Of a stretch of 64,000 nucleotides of DNA, positions 1-16,252 are shown one piece after another (the stretch's first letter is position 1; each line of letters starts with the position of its first letter). Source of the stretch: Azolla caroliniana (lineage: Eukaryota; Plantae; Polypodiophyta); the NCBI GenBank assembly GCA_043228905.1, contig JBHGNT010000011.1, forward strand, positions 1,798,001 through 1,862,000. Direction: 5' to 3'. Under the pieces are notes generated by a model. It was not told the DNA's origin. It made no database searches and saw nothing but the letters and a program-made list of their open reading frames with translations. Made by a program: the position numbers and the translations under genes.

Positions 1-1100
1 ATGTGGTTTTGAAGAGGCAATGCCGGCCGGGCTCTAAACATATTTTCTTGTCCTGATAGTGACAGGTTTTAATAAGGGGAAAGGAAAAAGTTGCACCCTT
101 TGCCCAATCATATAAACTTAGTGACCTCTTGGGGTTAACTTCTCTTTAAAATTCGGATGTCCGGACATAGGCAAGGTCTTGCCCGCGAAGATCCAACATG
201 TAACAAATTATGGGATGTACAAACTCCAACTTTAGGGCCAGTTCATGTCAACGCTATTTTCATTGATGAAAGGTTAGGAAATTCACACCCAAGCAAGCCG
301 CCTACCCAACTCGTATGCAGAAAGGGTAGAATGTGATTGGAGGCCTCCAAGTATGAATAATATGTGCCATACCTTTAAAGAAAGTAGTTCGTTTTGATTC
401 ATTACAAAAATTCAGGAGCCAATAAATATTTAACACTTATAATATAAAGATGACATTTGATCGCTAAGATTGAAACACGGGCTTTGGCTTCAAGATTGAA
501 ACATGGTCTTTGGTGTCCCCCGAATTATGGAGGTTGAAGACCCCTTCTTATTTCTATGCATTGGATAAAAATATGTCCAAGCTATTTCACCATGGAGCCA
601 AGGAATGTGTGCCAGACAACTTCTGGACCCTATGACAAAAATATGGAGCTTTAGTGTCAATCTTTTTATGTGTTCCCTATGACAAAAAAAATATGTACAA
701 TTTGTCTTATGAAGGCATTGATGGACATAGATGAGCCCCAGTTTGTACCCGACACATACCATTTTGTCTCGCCTTTTCTAGAGCCTATTCAAACATGCAA
801 TATATGCTAAAATCCAACATCCAATCCTTTGGGCTTACATGATCCCTAAGACTTTGGACGAATATTTTCAACCTCGGTTTTGTATAGGCAACGAAAGTAT
901 CCCACTTTTGTCTACCATTTTTTTCTTGGATGATGTATGGGCATTAACCCTACATGTCCTCTTGATTTTTCACAATTTTGTATATGCCTCATGGTTTGAA
1001 CAAACTTGACGAGTTGAAGGAACATTTAGGGAGGATGACAAGTTTAAAGTCTACAATAACCTATTAGGCCCTTCTTGCTAGGGCAATACACTAACTAAAC
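1..1100 (-). mobile_element. Highly degenerate LINE (L1-type) ORF2 C-terminal remnant
   Basis: Frameshifted minus-strand translation gives K-W-D-T..S-L-P-I-Q-N-x-G (about 870-905), resembling the LINE W..P...GGLG motif. It also gives V-W-H-I-L-F-I-L-G-G-L (about 340-375), resembling the zf-RVT region. There is no intact ORF and the boundaries are approximate. Confidence 0.35.
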
Positions 1101-2939
1101 CTTGGACTATGTACGTAGTTGAATCAAACCGACTAGGATTTAACATCGAGATGATATATTGTTCTTGGTATGAGGCAATACAATGGTGACATGGTGTACA
1201 TGTGTACATGCAATATGCAATGATATACATGCAATCTACATGTCTCAGACATCTTTAATGTGCTACAGTGACTACGAAGATAACAAAAATATCAAATTTA
1301 ATGTGTTTGCAAAACATAAATTTCATTATACACATTTCTGTGTGGACATGTTTTGTTATTCGTGAATGTATATGAACTTTAAAACTACCTAGTCAATGGA
1401 AATTGCTTACGTTTACCTTTGTAGATGACATTGTTTTTTGGCATGCCAGATGGAGCTCTAGAGCAAAATGTGATTGGTTATACGAGGATGGTTGATATAA
1501 AGCACCTATGTTTTCTATTAGCAAACAATTGTGGAAAAGATGACCAATCTTGGGATTGATAAGTGGTGCTTGATCATCGCATAAACATTGGTCCAAAGGC
1601 AGTCCCAACAACTTTTTTAAATTTTACTTTTCGTCCTCATATTATATTTGTTTTTTTTTGCAATTAATAACTTGCCATACATGATAGTCTTTGACTTGCT
1701 TTTTAACTTATTTTTGTTTTGTTGTCTTTGCACCCTATTCCTCGTGCTTGTTTACGATTGTTGTGACATCCACTTAAGTGTTGTTTATGATCTTCACAAC
1801 AACTAAGTAGGAGATTGTTGTGGAGATTAAAGTCATTTTGTACAAATTCTATTATTTTCTCTAAGCATTACACTACAATGTAACACTTACGTTTATGTGG
1901 TCTCCAATCTTGATATTACATTATGGGTAAGAGTTATGGGAGAAGGATAAAAATATGGCACAAAATTAGTGATAAACCCAAAATAGGCTAGAGAGGGTTT
2001 TAAGGAACCAACGCAAATGAGTTTGTTGAAGGCATGGACTAATGATTCATTGTGAAGCATTCTTTTGGTGGCTTTATTGTACCCATAGGAACAATATCTA
2101 TTATTTTGTTTTTTGTTGTTTTTTAGTTGCTCACTAAAATTCCTAAGAGAGACTTTTTGAGGTCCTCCATGTCCATATTGTTAAATTGTCTTCAGAGCAG
2201 TACATGCCAATTTTCTAGCACAATCCTCTACAAATCGAGGAAAAATTTATTATCGTTGAGATAGTGTAAGCTTGAGCAAAAGTTGTTTTTACACAAATAC
2301 TCTCAAAGGAGGAAGCGAGAGATCATTAGATTACGATGAAGACTTATCCACATGGCGTAAGAGCGTTTGCTCATACTCCACATGGGCAGTGTGGTGGTGT
2401 TAAAGACACTGACGTGTTTGTATGCAAGTCTCTAGTTGCCAGCTTTGCTTATGCCCAATGAATGTGCTCGTGGTGTTGCTTTGTGCAAACATATTCAACT
2501 TACTACAATTAAGACATCTATCAAGTTTTTAGTGCACTTCTTCATTAGAGTAACCCAATGGTGGTCAATGCATATTGAACCTACTTGATTACTAGAGAGG
2601 TTATTATCGTGATGGATTGTCTTCCAAATTTTGGAGTTGTTTCTGGGTGGTTGATGCCTTACACCATTTTAAGGTGAACCTCTGTGATAAAAAATCACTA
2701 GACCCAATCATTTGGCATATGTCTCGGAAGGACAATGCCATGGTGCATGTATTATTTAGAGCTAGATATAAGAGATAAAATGAAATGTTGTGGGAAGATG
2801 GAAAAATGGGTCTTGACTTTTTTACTTCTGCTTATGTGATTGCTTGAGAATGAGTTGCACAAAAACTTATTGCATTCAATGAGAATGAATACAACGGGAA
2901 ATAGCTACACAGGGAAATCGTGGACTCAAATATTGCAAT

Positions 2940-4250
2940 GAGGATAGGGGCACTATTAAGGGCATTGTGTAGGAGAGAAGAACAAAACATCTTATTATTG
3001 ATATTCCATGATAGCCCATGGGTAGGGTACAAAGGCACTTGGGTGATGTTTGTGAAACTTAAATATTGGTGGTTGGGAATGTACAAAGATGTGTCACAGT
3101 TAGTAGAGACATGTCAGACTTGCCAATTACACTCGAACGTAGAACACATGGATGGACTCCACCCAACTTGTTGATTGACAATGCACTATAGTTGGATGGC
3201 TATGTTAGTTATGCCAATGGGGATGGGATAGCTGAAGTACTTTATCTTGGCAAGAGAGGATATTTTCAACCAAGTGGAGGGGAGACTCTAAGAAAGAAGA
3301 AAGTGAAGCTTGTTTGCAAATTTTGGCTAGAAGATGTCACGTGCTAATATGGACATGTAGGAAGATTATCACAGATAGGGGGAGTTGGACACTAATGAAA
3401 TGAAGGAACTCTTCACGTGACTACGTGTCATACTTTTCCTCACTACAATCTACAATATAGAAGTAAATGGAAAGGTGGAGCAACAACGTTTGCCAATAGT
3501 TGAAGTTCTAGTTGTCAAAGGTGAGAGTTCAAAGAGGAGCCACAAAAGATTTCAAAGAAGGCTTACAAGCACTTCATGCAAGGAGAGTTTTTATGGAGGC
3601 AAAGGGAAACTAGGCGAGTAGTGACAATTGATGCTTTATACTTTGTGGGCTTATAGAACCACCCATAGCATAGCAATTGGGTTCATGTCAATCGAGCTTA
3701 TGTATGGGAATAATCCATTGAGCAAACAACTACTTCATGGATAATTGTGCCATGTGATGAAGAGATGGGGATCAAGGCAATTTGAAAGTTGGCTTGAGGG
3801 CATAGAGATAACGCTATATGTGTTAAAGAAGGCTAAATAAAGAAAAAAGTAACGATTTGATAGGAACCATCTCCTTTGACTGAGAAAAGTTAAGGAAGGG
3901 GATTGGGTGTTTGTTTATGGAGGTAGTCTCGACAACCAACACAACTCATTGAGGAATTTCACAATGATGGTTTGGTCCATATGTGGTCATTCAAATGGAT
4001 GATTATGCTACATACAACGTGGCCGAACTTGATTGGACAAGGTTGGCAATGCCTTTTGCAATAAAAAGAGTGAAAGTTTTCAAGAAGTAGCAAGGAGAGA
4101 CACTTGGAATTGAGGATATTGATGAAGACAAAGATGATGATGCAGAAGAGGGGTTGAGAGATGAGGTAAGAGATGGTTAAGTTCCCCCAATCTTGCTACC
4201 TCTTTTGATACATATCGAAGGATGCGTAGGTTTGGTGGGGGGTAAGCAAG
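2940..4250 (+). mobile_element. Old degenerate Ty3/gypsy integrase and 3' end, same lineage as the element at 42341-46564
   Basis: ORF 2920-3174 (IFHDSPWVGYKGTW..YWWLGMYKDVSQLVETCQTCQ..LHPT) aligns with ORF 44382 (EFHESDWAGHRGTW..YWWKNMYKDIAEFTESCEKCQ..LHPT). A broken integrase core, an acidic tail and a PPT-like GGTGGGGGG near 4235 follow. Confidence 0.75.
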
Positions 4251-7200
4251 ATTCAAATTCCCCTAATCTCGCCATCCTTTTTGGCACATTTTTAAGGATT
4301 CATAGGTTGTGATGTTGTGGGCAAAAGGGGAAAATGGCTAAAACGTCAAGGTTGAGATCTAGGTCAAAGTGAACACCAAAGGAATTTAACATAAAAGTAG
4401 AAGATAAAAAACAACATCAGAACATAGCTTAAATGATAAGAACTAAGCACTAGAACAAATGGGCTAAGGGTTTGATACCAAGAGGGATAGAGGAGGAAAG
4501 ACCATCTACAATGGTTAAGGCAATCCCTTTGAAATGGTTTTATCATGGGAACCCCCAACTAGAGAACTCATTAAATGTCTTGGTGGAGGATGTCTATGTA
4601 GCGGGCAATGTGGCTACTCATCAACCATCTTTGTGTTGGCCTCTCCATGATCGGTCAAAACTTGCAGACAACCTCATTGTAGAACCTCCCTTCTTGAACA
4701 TAGGCGCAACATTGAGCCTAGGGTTCACATTGCCTAAACCTCATCATCATTTCCCCATAATTCTACCCCCTACTTTAGTAATGTTTCAACAAACATATGC
4801 CTAAAGGGGGTGGGAGGAGATTTTATGATCTTGAAATACCCCAATCTTTCACCAAAAGTATGCGTACATATTGACACCCCTAAAGTGAATTCTTATTCTA
4901 AACTATAAACCAAACAACTACACATTAGCACAACATACACAAACACACATAAGCATATACACAAATAATTTCACGTGCACATAAGCTCACATTTGCAGAT
5001 AATCACATAGACAAGCGCACACATGCATGTAAAAAGTATTATCAATCACACACTAGCACATACTCAAATAGTTATAGGAAACTGAATCATTTACACGTAA
5101 ATACCCAAAAGGGACTACCATTCACAATCACCCATTTGCACCTAAATTCTCGAAGGAAACCCTAAGTGCTCCTCCACATATCAGGTGGGACATTAATTTG
5201 TGCACACATACGTCTAATCTTGAATGACCATCATCAACAAACTTCAAAAACATTATCCTTAACATTGTGTTCCTTGGTTCAAGACCCCAGTGGTTCTCCT
5301 TGATTTTCACATACACAAACGTATTTTTGCAATAGCATCGTAGGTTTGAGGCTGAAGTTTGTTAGGGGCCTTGAACTCGTGCAAAAAGGCCCACTTGATG
5401 ATGAATTCACATTCAATTTACACACGTAAATTTTAACGTCCGAAAGTAATGTCACTAGAGGAATTTCTATGGCTCCCTCCCTTTTGCTTCCTTTTTCCTC
5501 GGACATTCTTCATGCTTATAGACCATGACCACACTAGTTGTGTCTATCATGGAAGCAAATGATTATAGTAGGGTTTTCCGAGAATTGTGGTTATGTATTT
5601 CGCTTCGTGATGTTTTTTATTTTTTGATAAAATTCCTTCAAAATAGTTTTGTAACGGTCCATCATTTATCACTTGTTTTGTGAGCAAATAACAATGACAT
5701 TGGAGCATGAGAATTAAGTGGGAGAAGTTGAAAGCATGTCGTCTATTCTTCGTTATGATAGTAGAAACATGAGACAAGGGAGGTGGGAATTGCGGTGCAA
5801 AGAGTCAATTATACCCATTTATTTGAGCAGGTGTTTTTTATCATCATCATCATATCATCATTATTATTTTGAAGTTTCAACTTTTAGAGCTCTTTTTCTA
5901 GAGAAGCTGAATCATAAGTGTGCATGAACTATTATTAAATAACATTGGCATTCCCAAACACCACTTGGAAACGAACCGAAGGCATCATGATATATGTATA
6001 GGGTAAATATCACACGGTTGCTAATATAGAACCACAAAAAACTCATCAAGTTATTGTAATAAGAATTAATTTTATGAAAAAACGTAGCAAATTTATAATT
6101 ATAAACAAATGTCATTGCATGCATGAGCATTGAACATTGCATTTACATTTGTGGAACTAGAAATATATAACCAGACTTAAGGAATGAGATACTTACTATT
6201 AAAGCTCCTTTGCCTTTCAAAATATGCACCTAAATGAACTCGAGATCGAAAAGGTCATGAATGCAAATTCTTAATGTTCAAATAAATGCAATATTGTGTA
6301 CATGCTTTAAAACCAACAATCATAAATTGATCAAGCCACTAAGTTTGTCTTGATGATGAACAATTTCTATACATCGTTATAGGTGTGGGATGATTTCTAC
6401 ATGAACGAATGTGTTGATTGGATGATTGAAGCCTAGGTAAACTTAGTGCAACATATTGCGGAAGAGAGGAAAGTGAATCAAGGCTGATGCTTGGTGCTAC
6501 CAAGTCAAAACAACGTAACTTCTTCTAACACCCCTAGTAAAACCTTTGTATTGACCTTCATGAGAATCTTTTACATATCAATTGCCTCCGCTTTAGTTTA
6601 AATAAACTTCCCTTCTTTATCTCTCGTCACATGGGGGATCCAGAGCATCAAATTTTTTATAAATTAACAAGGTTAAGCTTTTCATATTTTAAATTGTAAA
6701 CATGAATCAAGGAAATTTTATGAAACTTCATCAACATAAGGTATGGAAGTAAACCAAAATTTAAGTGATTGATTGAGTGTGTTAAGAGTGCCAACAATCA
6801 TACGTAACTTTTTACAACCAAGAGACCCAAGAATAATATTGATAATTTGATAGCGTAATATACATTACTCCTAAGAATATTTACACAATACTAAATGAAG
6901 GGAGTTCAACTAAATATTTACAACTAAACTGAATTATATCTGGTCTCATAGCCCATTCCTATCATTTTGAAGCTCATTATCTCAAAGCATGAAATTAATA
7001 TGGGATCTGGTCTCAAAGTATGAGGAAGCGTTTAACTATCTTAGTTAATGGGATTTATGGTATACAATTGACAGATGAGTTATGAGTTCTTGTTTGATCG
7101 TCTCTATGAAGTACCATAACATCTAAGGTCCCTCCTATCACCATAGGAACAACATGATTTTCTTGTATCATCACTTTATTTGAATATGTACAGTACCTTT

Positions 7201-7498
7201 CCGGAAAAAAGAAAAGTAAAGCTCAATTAGTAATGTTTAGATTCCATGTGATGAAATTAAGTTTGGTTTTGACATATGCCATGAAATCATTGAAGTGAAG
7301 GAAATTGAATTTGTACATTGCATTGTGCCCATGAAAGAAGACAAGTCCTTAGCTGTACATTGTCAGCCAAACAATGAAAAGGAAACAAGCTTTTCGTGCA
7401 AGAGTATAAGAGCTCTTGCTAAGTCATCACAAAGTGTTTTACATAATAATAAACACAATAATCAACCAGGGTTTAACACGATCGAATTGTCAAATAGA

Positions 7499-10639
<3,141 letters not shown>

Positions 10640-12341
10640 TTCCTCTCCAACAAAAAAGCAGCTTGGTATTATGCGATCTCAATTGGTATACTTGGTCTTT
10701 TGGGAATGTTCTTTGCTGAAGCAACAGGGGGGGGGGGGAGCTTCCTTAAGCCATGGAAGCTATCCTGCCTTTCTCATCATTGTCTTCTGCATCAGGAAAT
10801 TCTCTTTCCTATGTATCCATGGCCCCACAAGAAGAGATTGCATTGCATACCACTCAAATCCTACCCTTTCTCCTAGGAGCAAAAGAGCTTTGTCAAGGAG
10901 TCTCTCTATAGTCAATAGTAAGGGAGCCATTTCTTTTCACCTAAGTAAAAATGTGAGAAAGAAAACCTCTTCGTCCACGCGAGTGCGCGCCAGCGTAAAC
11001 AAAGGTTATGTCCGTCCTTTTCTCCTTGCTTGTCCGCTTAAGAGTTTCCTTGTCCAAGGGTAAATGCACCAAGGGTTTGCGTAGGAGGGACCCCTTCTAA
11101 TAAGATAATAAGACTATTGCTCCTCGAGCTATCGCCTAGTGTGGAGCCTTTGCGTATAGTCTTGGGAGCATCACGTGTGCCAAGTCGGATTGGTTTTTCG
11201 CTCACGAGTAGTAAAACTAAGAGTGGCTCTATCTTCCTTTCATAAAGAATTTCAATACCACGAAAAGACAAAATTATTGGTTATGTACATAATCTAAGTA
11301 ACCTGCCTAAGTAAAGGTTTGAAGTCAGATGTCAAAGTTGTCTCCATTTTAAAATATATTCCTTATCGAAGAGTATTTAATGTTATGGATAATCCTATAC
11401 CAACTCATCAAGCTCCTCTCTATCTGATTTGTTTTGTGACTCATGCGAAAGCAAGAAACTCATTAGCAAATCTATCCATAAATCTTATAGGTTTTTCATT
11501 TTTCTATCTGTGTTATAGAGAAAGATTGCAAAGCAACTACGAAACTATGTACGCCCCATTTCTCTTGTGGCCAATGCATGTGTCCACTCATGTGATCTCA
11601 CCCCATCTCCTTTCCACTCCTTGTGCATGTACCACTTTTCCCATAGCTAATGATTTTGTCTTCAACAACACCATGAAGTCATGCATGCATTACATCAATG
11701 TGCAAGTCTAACCAGTAAACCTTTTCTCTTTTAGGCGAATGCCACTCTATCAATTGATGTGTTGAAAAAGACATGATATGCATATGCATGCGGCAAATGC
11801 ATTGCCTTAGATTTGTGAACACATTCAAAGGAAGCACGCATTCTCATTTATAGCTTCATGGAATCATGAGCTTTTTTGTGCTCTCAATGCAACAAGCATT
11901 CTTTGCCAAAAAGCGAAGAAATGGAAGCTTTACGAGGTCGTGCTATGTCAAACAAGACAATATGTGCCTAGCATAATGTCATGCATGACAAAAGATGGAA
12001 ATTCGAGTAAATCCTCAAAGTGTTACATAGAATAATTTATAGGCAAAAAAGTTGAATCTATAGATTGCCTAATCCTATGAATAAAACGAATAATAATCTA
12101 GACTAATTAAAGAGCTTAATGGTCTAATTGATATGTATATTTACACATCCACTAAGAGAATCAAAATCCGAATAAATCTTAAATGGTCATAAAACAATCA
12201 GTTTGAGACATGGACCTTACATCCTTCCAAATTGGAACATTGAAATGAGTAAGCATATTTCGTTCTTTTTATCGCAAGGAAAACATCACATGTGAAACTT
12301 GAGTTATTTTTAACATTTTTTCGTGTACTAAATCTTCGTAT

Positions 12342-13726
12342 TGTGGTGTGTATGTGTTCCTTTGTGCCACCCTTTTAGAACAACCTTTTTAGGATGCATG
12401 TACCTAAGTCGGCCCTAACAATCGGCAACGAACGGTTCGGTTCGGTTTGAGAGGGTCCAAACCGAACCGTTTAAAAATTTTGAAACTTGAACCGAACCGA
12501 ACCGCGAAACCGAACCGTTAAACCATTAAATCGTAAAAACCGCGATTTCGTGGTTCGGTTTCGGTTTTCAAAAATAAAAAACCGATAAACCATTTAAACC
12601 ACGGTTTTTTACTATTGAAACCGAACCGAACCATTTTTTAAAACCAAAACCTGAACCGAACCGAACCGTTGAAACCGTTAAACCGCGGTTTGGTTCGGTT
12701 CAAACCGAATTGTTGCCGATTGTTAGTCGGCTCACCCTTTTAGCGCACATTTTTAGCTAAGCCAACCCCAATGGGTACCTTTGTATGAACTATAAATTGA
12801 GCAGGAAGTAAGAAGATAAGTAAGCTGGTTTTGATCTCTTATGTGCATTTCAAATATTGGTGGAAATGCGGGGTACCGGTCCCCCATGTCCAAGCATCCA
12901 CCTCTTCCCCCTCACCTTAGGTTGCCCACTAACTTCTTGTCTTGGATGAGTTTCTCTAATCCCCGTCCTACACAATAGCCCTCCTGTCCCCCACCTCAGC
13001 CAAGTCCAGGTGGCCCTCAGCCCACAAGCGTGATTGATCTCTATCCACCAATTGTTAGCTCATTTTCCGTCACTACCCCCGTCCAACTATTATCTGATCA
13101 GGGCCGCCAGTTCCACGAGGATGTCCTCAACGTCGTTTCAGCTCAATTAGGTGTCCAATAGGTGTTTACGTCCCCATACCATCCTCAGACAAACTGGACT
13201 CATCAGACGCCTCAACAAGACCCTCAAGAAGGAGATTGCCACTTACATTGATCCATGCCACAAAACCTAGGATCAAATCTTGCCTTTCGTCACCCACGCC
13301 TACAATACATCCGTACAGGTGTCGACACGGATCAATCTTTTTCGAGCACTCTATGGACGTAACCCTCGCCTCCAACCAAAATCGTTCATTGATTTCCATT
13401 CGAAACCTGCTAACATGGATAGTGCTACTTGGGAGCTCTATCTCCAACAGATCCTCCCCCTCCTTTGACAAGCCATTGTTCCTATTCTTGTTCCTGTTCC
13501 TACTCCTCAGTCTCTTGTTTCTCTCAAGGGGGAAATGTGGTGTGCATGTGTTCCTTTGTGCTACCCTTTTAGAACACCCTTTTTAGGATGCATGTACCTA
13601 AGCCGACCCACCCTTTTAGCACACCCTTTTTAGTTAGGTCAACCAAAATGGGTACCTTAGTATGAGCTATAAATTGAGCAAGAAGTAAGAAGATAAGTAG
13701 GATGGTTTTGATATGTGCATTTCACA
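12342..13726 (+). mobile_element. Miniature, internally deleted Ty3/gypsy LTR element (about 190-bp LTRs, tRNA-Ala PBS, integrase remnant)
   Basis: The 5' LTR is 12342-12854 (interrupted by a MITE) and the 3' LTR is 13536-13726 (TG...CA). The PBS TGGTGGAAATGCGGGG at 12858 is complementary to the tRNA-Ala 3' end. An integrase remnant reads SPYHPQTN..LNKTL..LPFVTHAYNTSV..LYGRNPRL, and the PPT AAGGGGGAAA precedes the 3' LTR. Flanks are GTAT/ATAT. Confidence 0.85.
12416..12725. mobile_element. hAT-type MITE (310 bp)
   Basis: It has 14-bp TIRs (TAACAATCGGCAAC / GTTGCCGATTGTTA) and an 8-bp TSD (GTCGGCCC / GTCGGCTC). Internal AACCG/CGGTT subterminal repeats are present. The sequence is absent from the sister 3' LTR. 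Confidence 0.9.
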
Positions 13727-14886
13727 ATATCGTTTTTAAATAAAGAAATGTGCAACCAGGAATGTGGGCTTTACGTCTTTGATCGCATGTGAGTTGTTGG
13801 GTTCACAAAGCATGAAAATATAGAAAGCAGTCCAATTTGGACATGTCAAAAACCAATTAGTTGGAATCAATAAGGACATCAGATATATTTTGAAGGGTTG
13901 AAGCCAATATTGAAAACCTTCCGAGCATTATTTGACCTTGCAGTATGCCACAACCTCAATTATAATCTATAAAAATATTTGGGTAGCACAATCTTTGTGA
14001 TATCAAGATTTTACCAAGTAGCACAAACTTTGTCTTCATGGCCGGGATAAGAAAGTTCCTCACATTGGAACTCTAATCCCTGCAATTTACTTGTTTTCTT
14101 GTGTTCCATAAATATAATTGTGGTTTATGCATCCAAAGGTAACATTGATTCACCACAAAGATCATTTCATATGAATCATTAATAGTAAGTAGGTTGGGTA
14201 AACAAACATATGATGTGTGCTTGCTCCAGATTTAGAACATCTATTTAAAGAAACTCACCTTTTGTTTAAACTTTAATAATTCTTGGGAAACAGTTTTGTG
14301 CACAACTACAAAGGGAACTATGAAAAAAACACATCTTACATTTGTTGGCGACAATGCAAGGACTACAAGCAACATTGGAAACTATATGACGGTAGTGAAG
14401 TAAATATGATTACAGATAAAGTGGATATTATAATTAAAACCATGTAAGAAATTAGATGTCACTTGTCATAATAAAACAACATTCTTATATTGCAAGGATT
14501 AACATCAAACATTCTCTAACAATGTAAAAGATCTGCGTTAAATATATTCCAACAATCAAGAATAAATCAAGGTCTATGAATATAAGGATCATCACAAAAA
14601 GCTTGTTGCAATCAATGCTTATTTTCTCATGGAGATGCTATATTTGTAAACATAGATAAGATATAGACAAAGTTGGAGCAATGTCAAGAAATACAGCCCA
14701 CTTTGTATCATAAGTAGAACATATGCACGTGTGATGCATATTATATGAGCTTTTAAAAAGACAACTACCACTTTGTATATGCAAAATATGTAGACAAAAG
14801 GGATCTATGTGGTGCATTTAACTCAATGAGTGCACCTTGTGAGAACAAAAACCAAAAATTAAAAAGAGATTTGCACTAGTCCACAG

Positions 14887-14891
<5 letters not shown>

Positions 14892-14928
<37 letters not shown>
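14892..14928. repeat. (TA)n microsatellite
   Basis: Uninterrupted TA run. Confidence 0.95.
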
Positions 14929-14932
<4 letters not shown>

Positions 14933-16252
14933 AAGCCCAATACAAAACTCTCTGGAGGTATATTCATCAAGAAAGGACGCAGAAGAGATGAGGCTAATCA
15001 ATAGATAGAGAAGCTTTGGTGCTTAAAACCATAAATGCTCCACAAACAAGTTTAGAAATGACCACACAAATCATCTACCAAGTGTGACTCTGCTTTGTAC
15101 TATCCAATAAAACCAAACTAGTTTAATTTCACACAAGATGCTTCCCTCGGGGTGTTCAGAATAGAAAATAGCAAGAAAGGTGGCACATGCTAAACTCAAT
15201 TTCAGAGGTCAATAAAGGAAACCCTTGACGTTCAGGCGCAAAGCCATATTACAAGCTTTGACATGCTCCTTGTTTGAAAGAATTTGGCTTTGAGATACAG
15301 TTTATCCACACTCAAAACAATGCATCATCCACCTCTTGAAATATTGATGATCCATTTCCTTTGTACACTCCCATCTCTATCTTCAATCCATATAACAGAC
15401 ATCATAATCCAATTCATAAGGCATATCACTGAGACAACCAAAGCTGACCCAGAACATGATGATTCCAACAGTAGTTCGAACAATTTACCTTTCATCCATA
15501 GATGGGAGTACAAAGGTATGAAAGGTACCACACACTGATTGGCCAAAATTCAGAATCCTCGATCATCGGTGGTTTTTAGATACTTCACAAAGAACTGGAA
15601 TCACAAAGATTCCCAGACATAAACACGCAATAAGTTAGAAAATGAACCCAGAAGTGTACTCACCATTTCTCACCTGTTAAATTTATTCATCACCAAAAGG
15701 TAGACAAGTCAAGAGGGTTTACACCAAAAGTTAGTTGTGAAGGTTGTCATGTCCTCTTTATGCACATCAACATGCCTTTAAAAGTATAGTAGTGGAAATG
15801 ATTCTTCATTTAGAAGGTTTCCATATGTCTTTCAAGAAACATCACTATTGATACCTGGAATCTGATAACAGTGAACATATTAATAAATTATTAACCATCA
15901 ATATTATCTATCCATATATCATCTACTTTCATCAGTCATTCAGGAAATGAATTTGTAAATATAGTTAACGAAAATTTTGCATTCACTTTGATGCTCGCAG
16001 AACCTTTTTCAAATGCAGAAACAGTATTGATCCTCAAATTCTACTAACAAAAATTAACAAGCCTATGCAAAATGGAAACATCTTAGTGGTGGTAAATGTT
16101 TCCATAAATAAATTTCCACTGAATTACCATCATTTGTTAGTCAAATCACAACAAATTGTGGTATTGCTCCTAACTATATTACACGTACCTCCATGTAAAA
16201 AATGGTAACGTAAGCTGAGATATTAGCACATATTACAGTTCCTCTAAAAACA

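Noticed and set aside
560-640. CACTA transposase motif (EPRNV) on the plus strand
   Set aside because: The expected continuation (RLGLxxDGFNP) is absent, and LINE-like motifs on the opposite strand fit slightly better.
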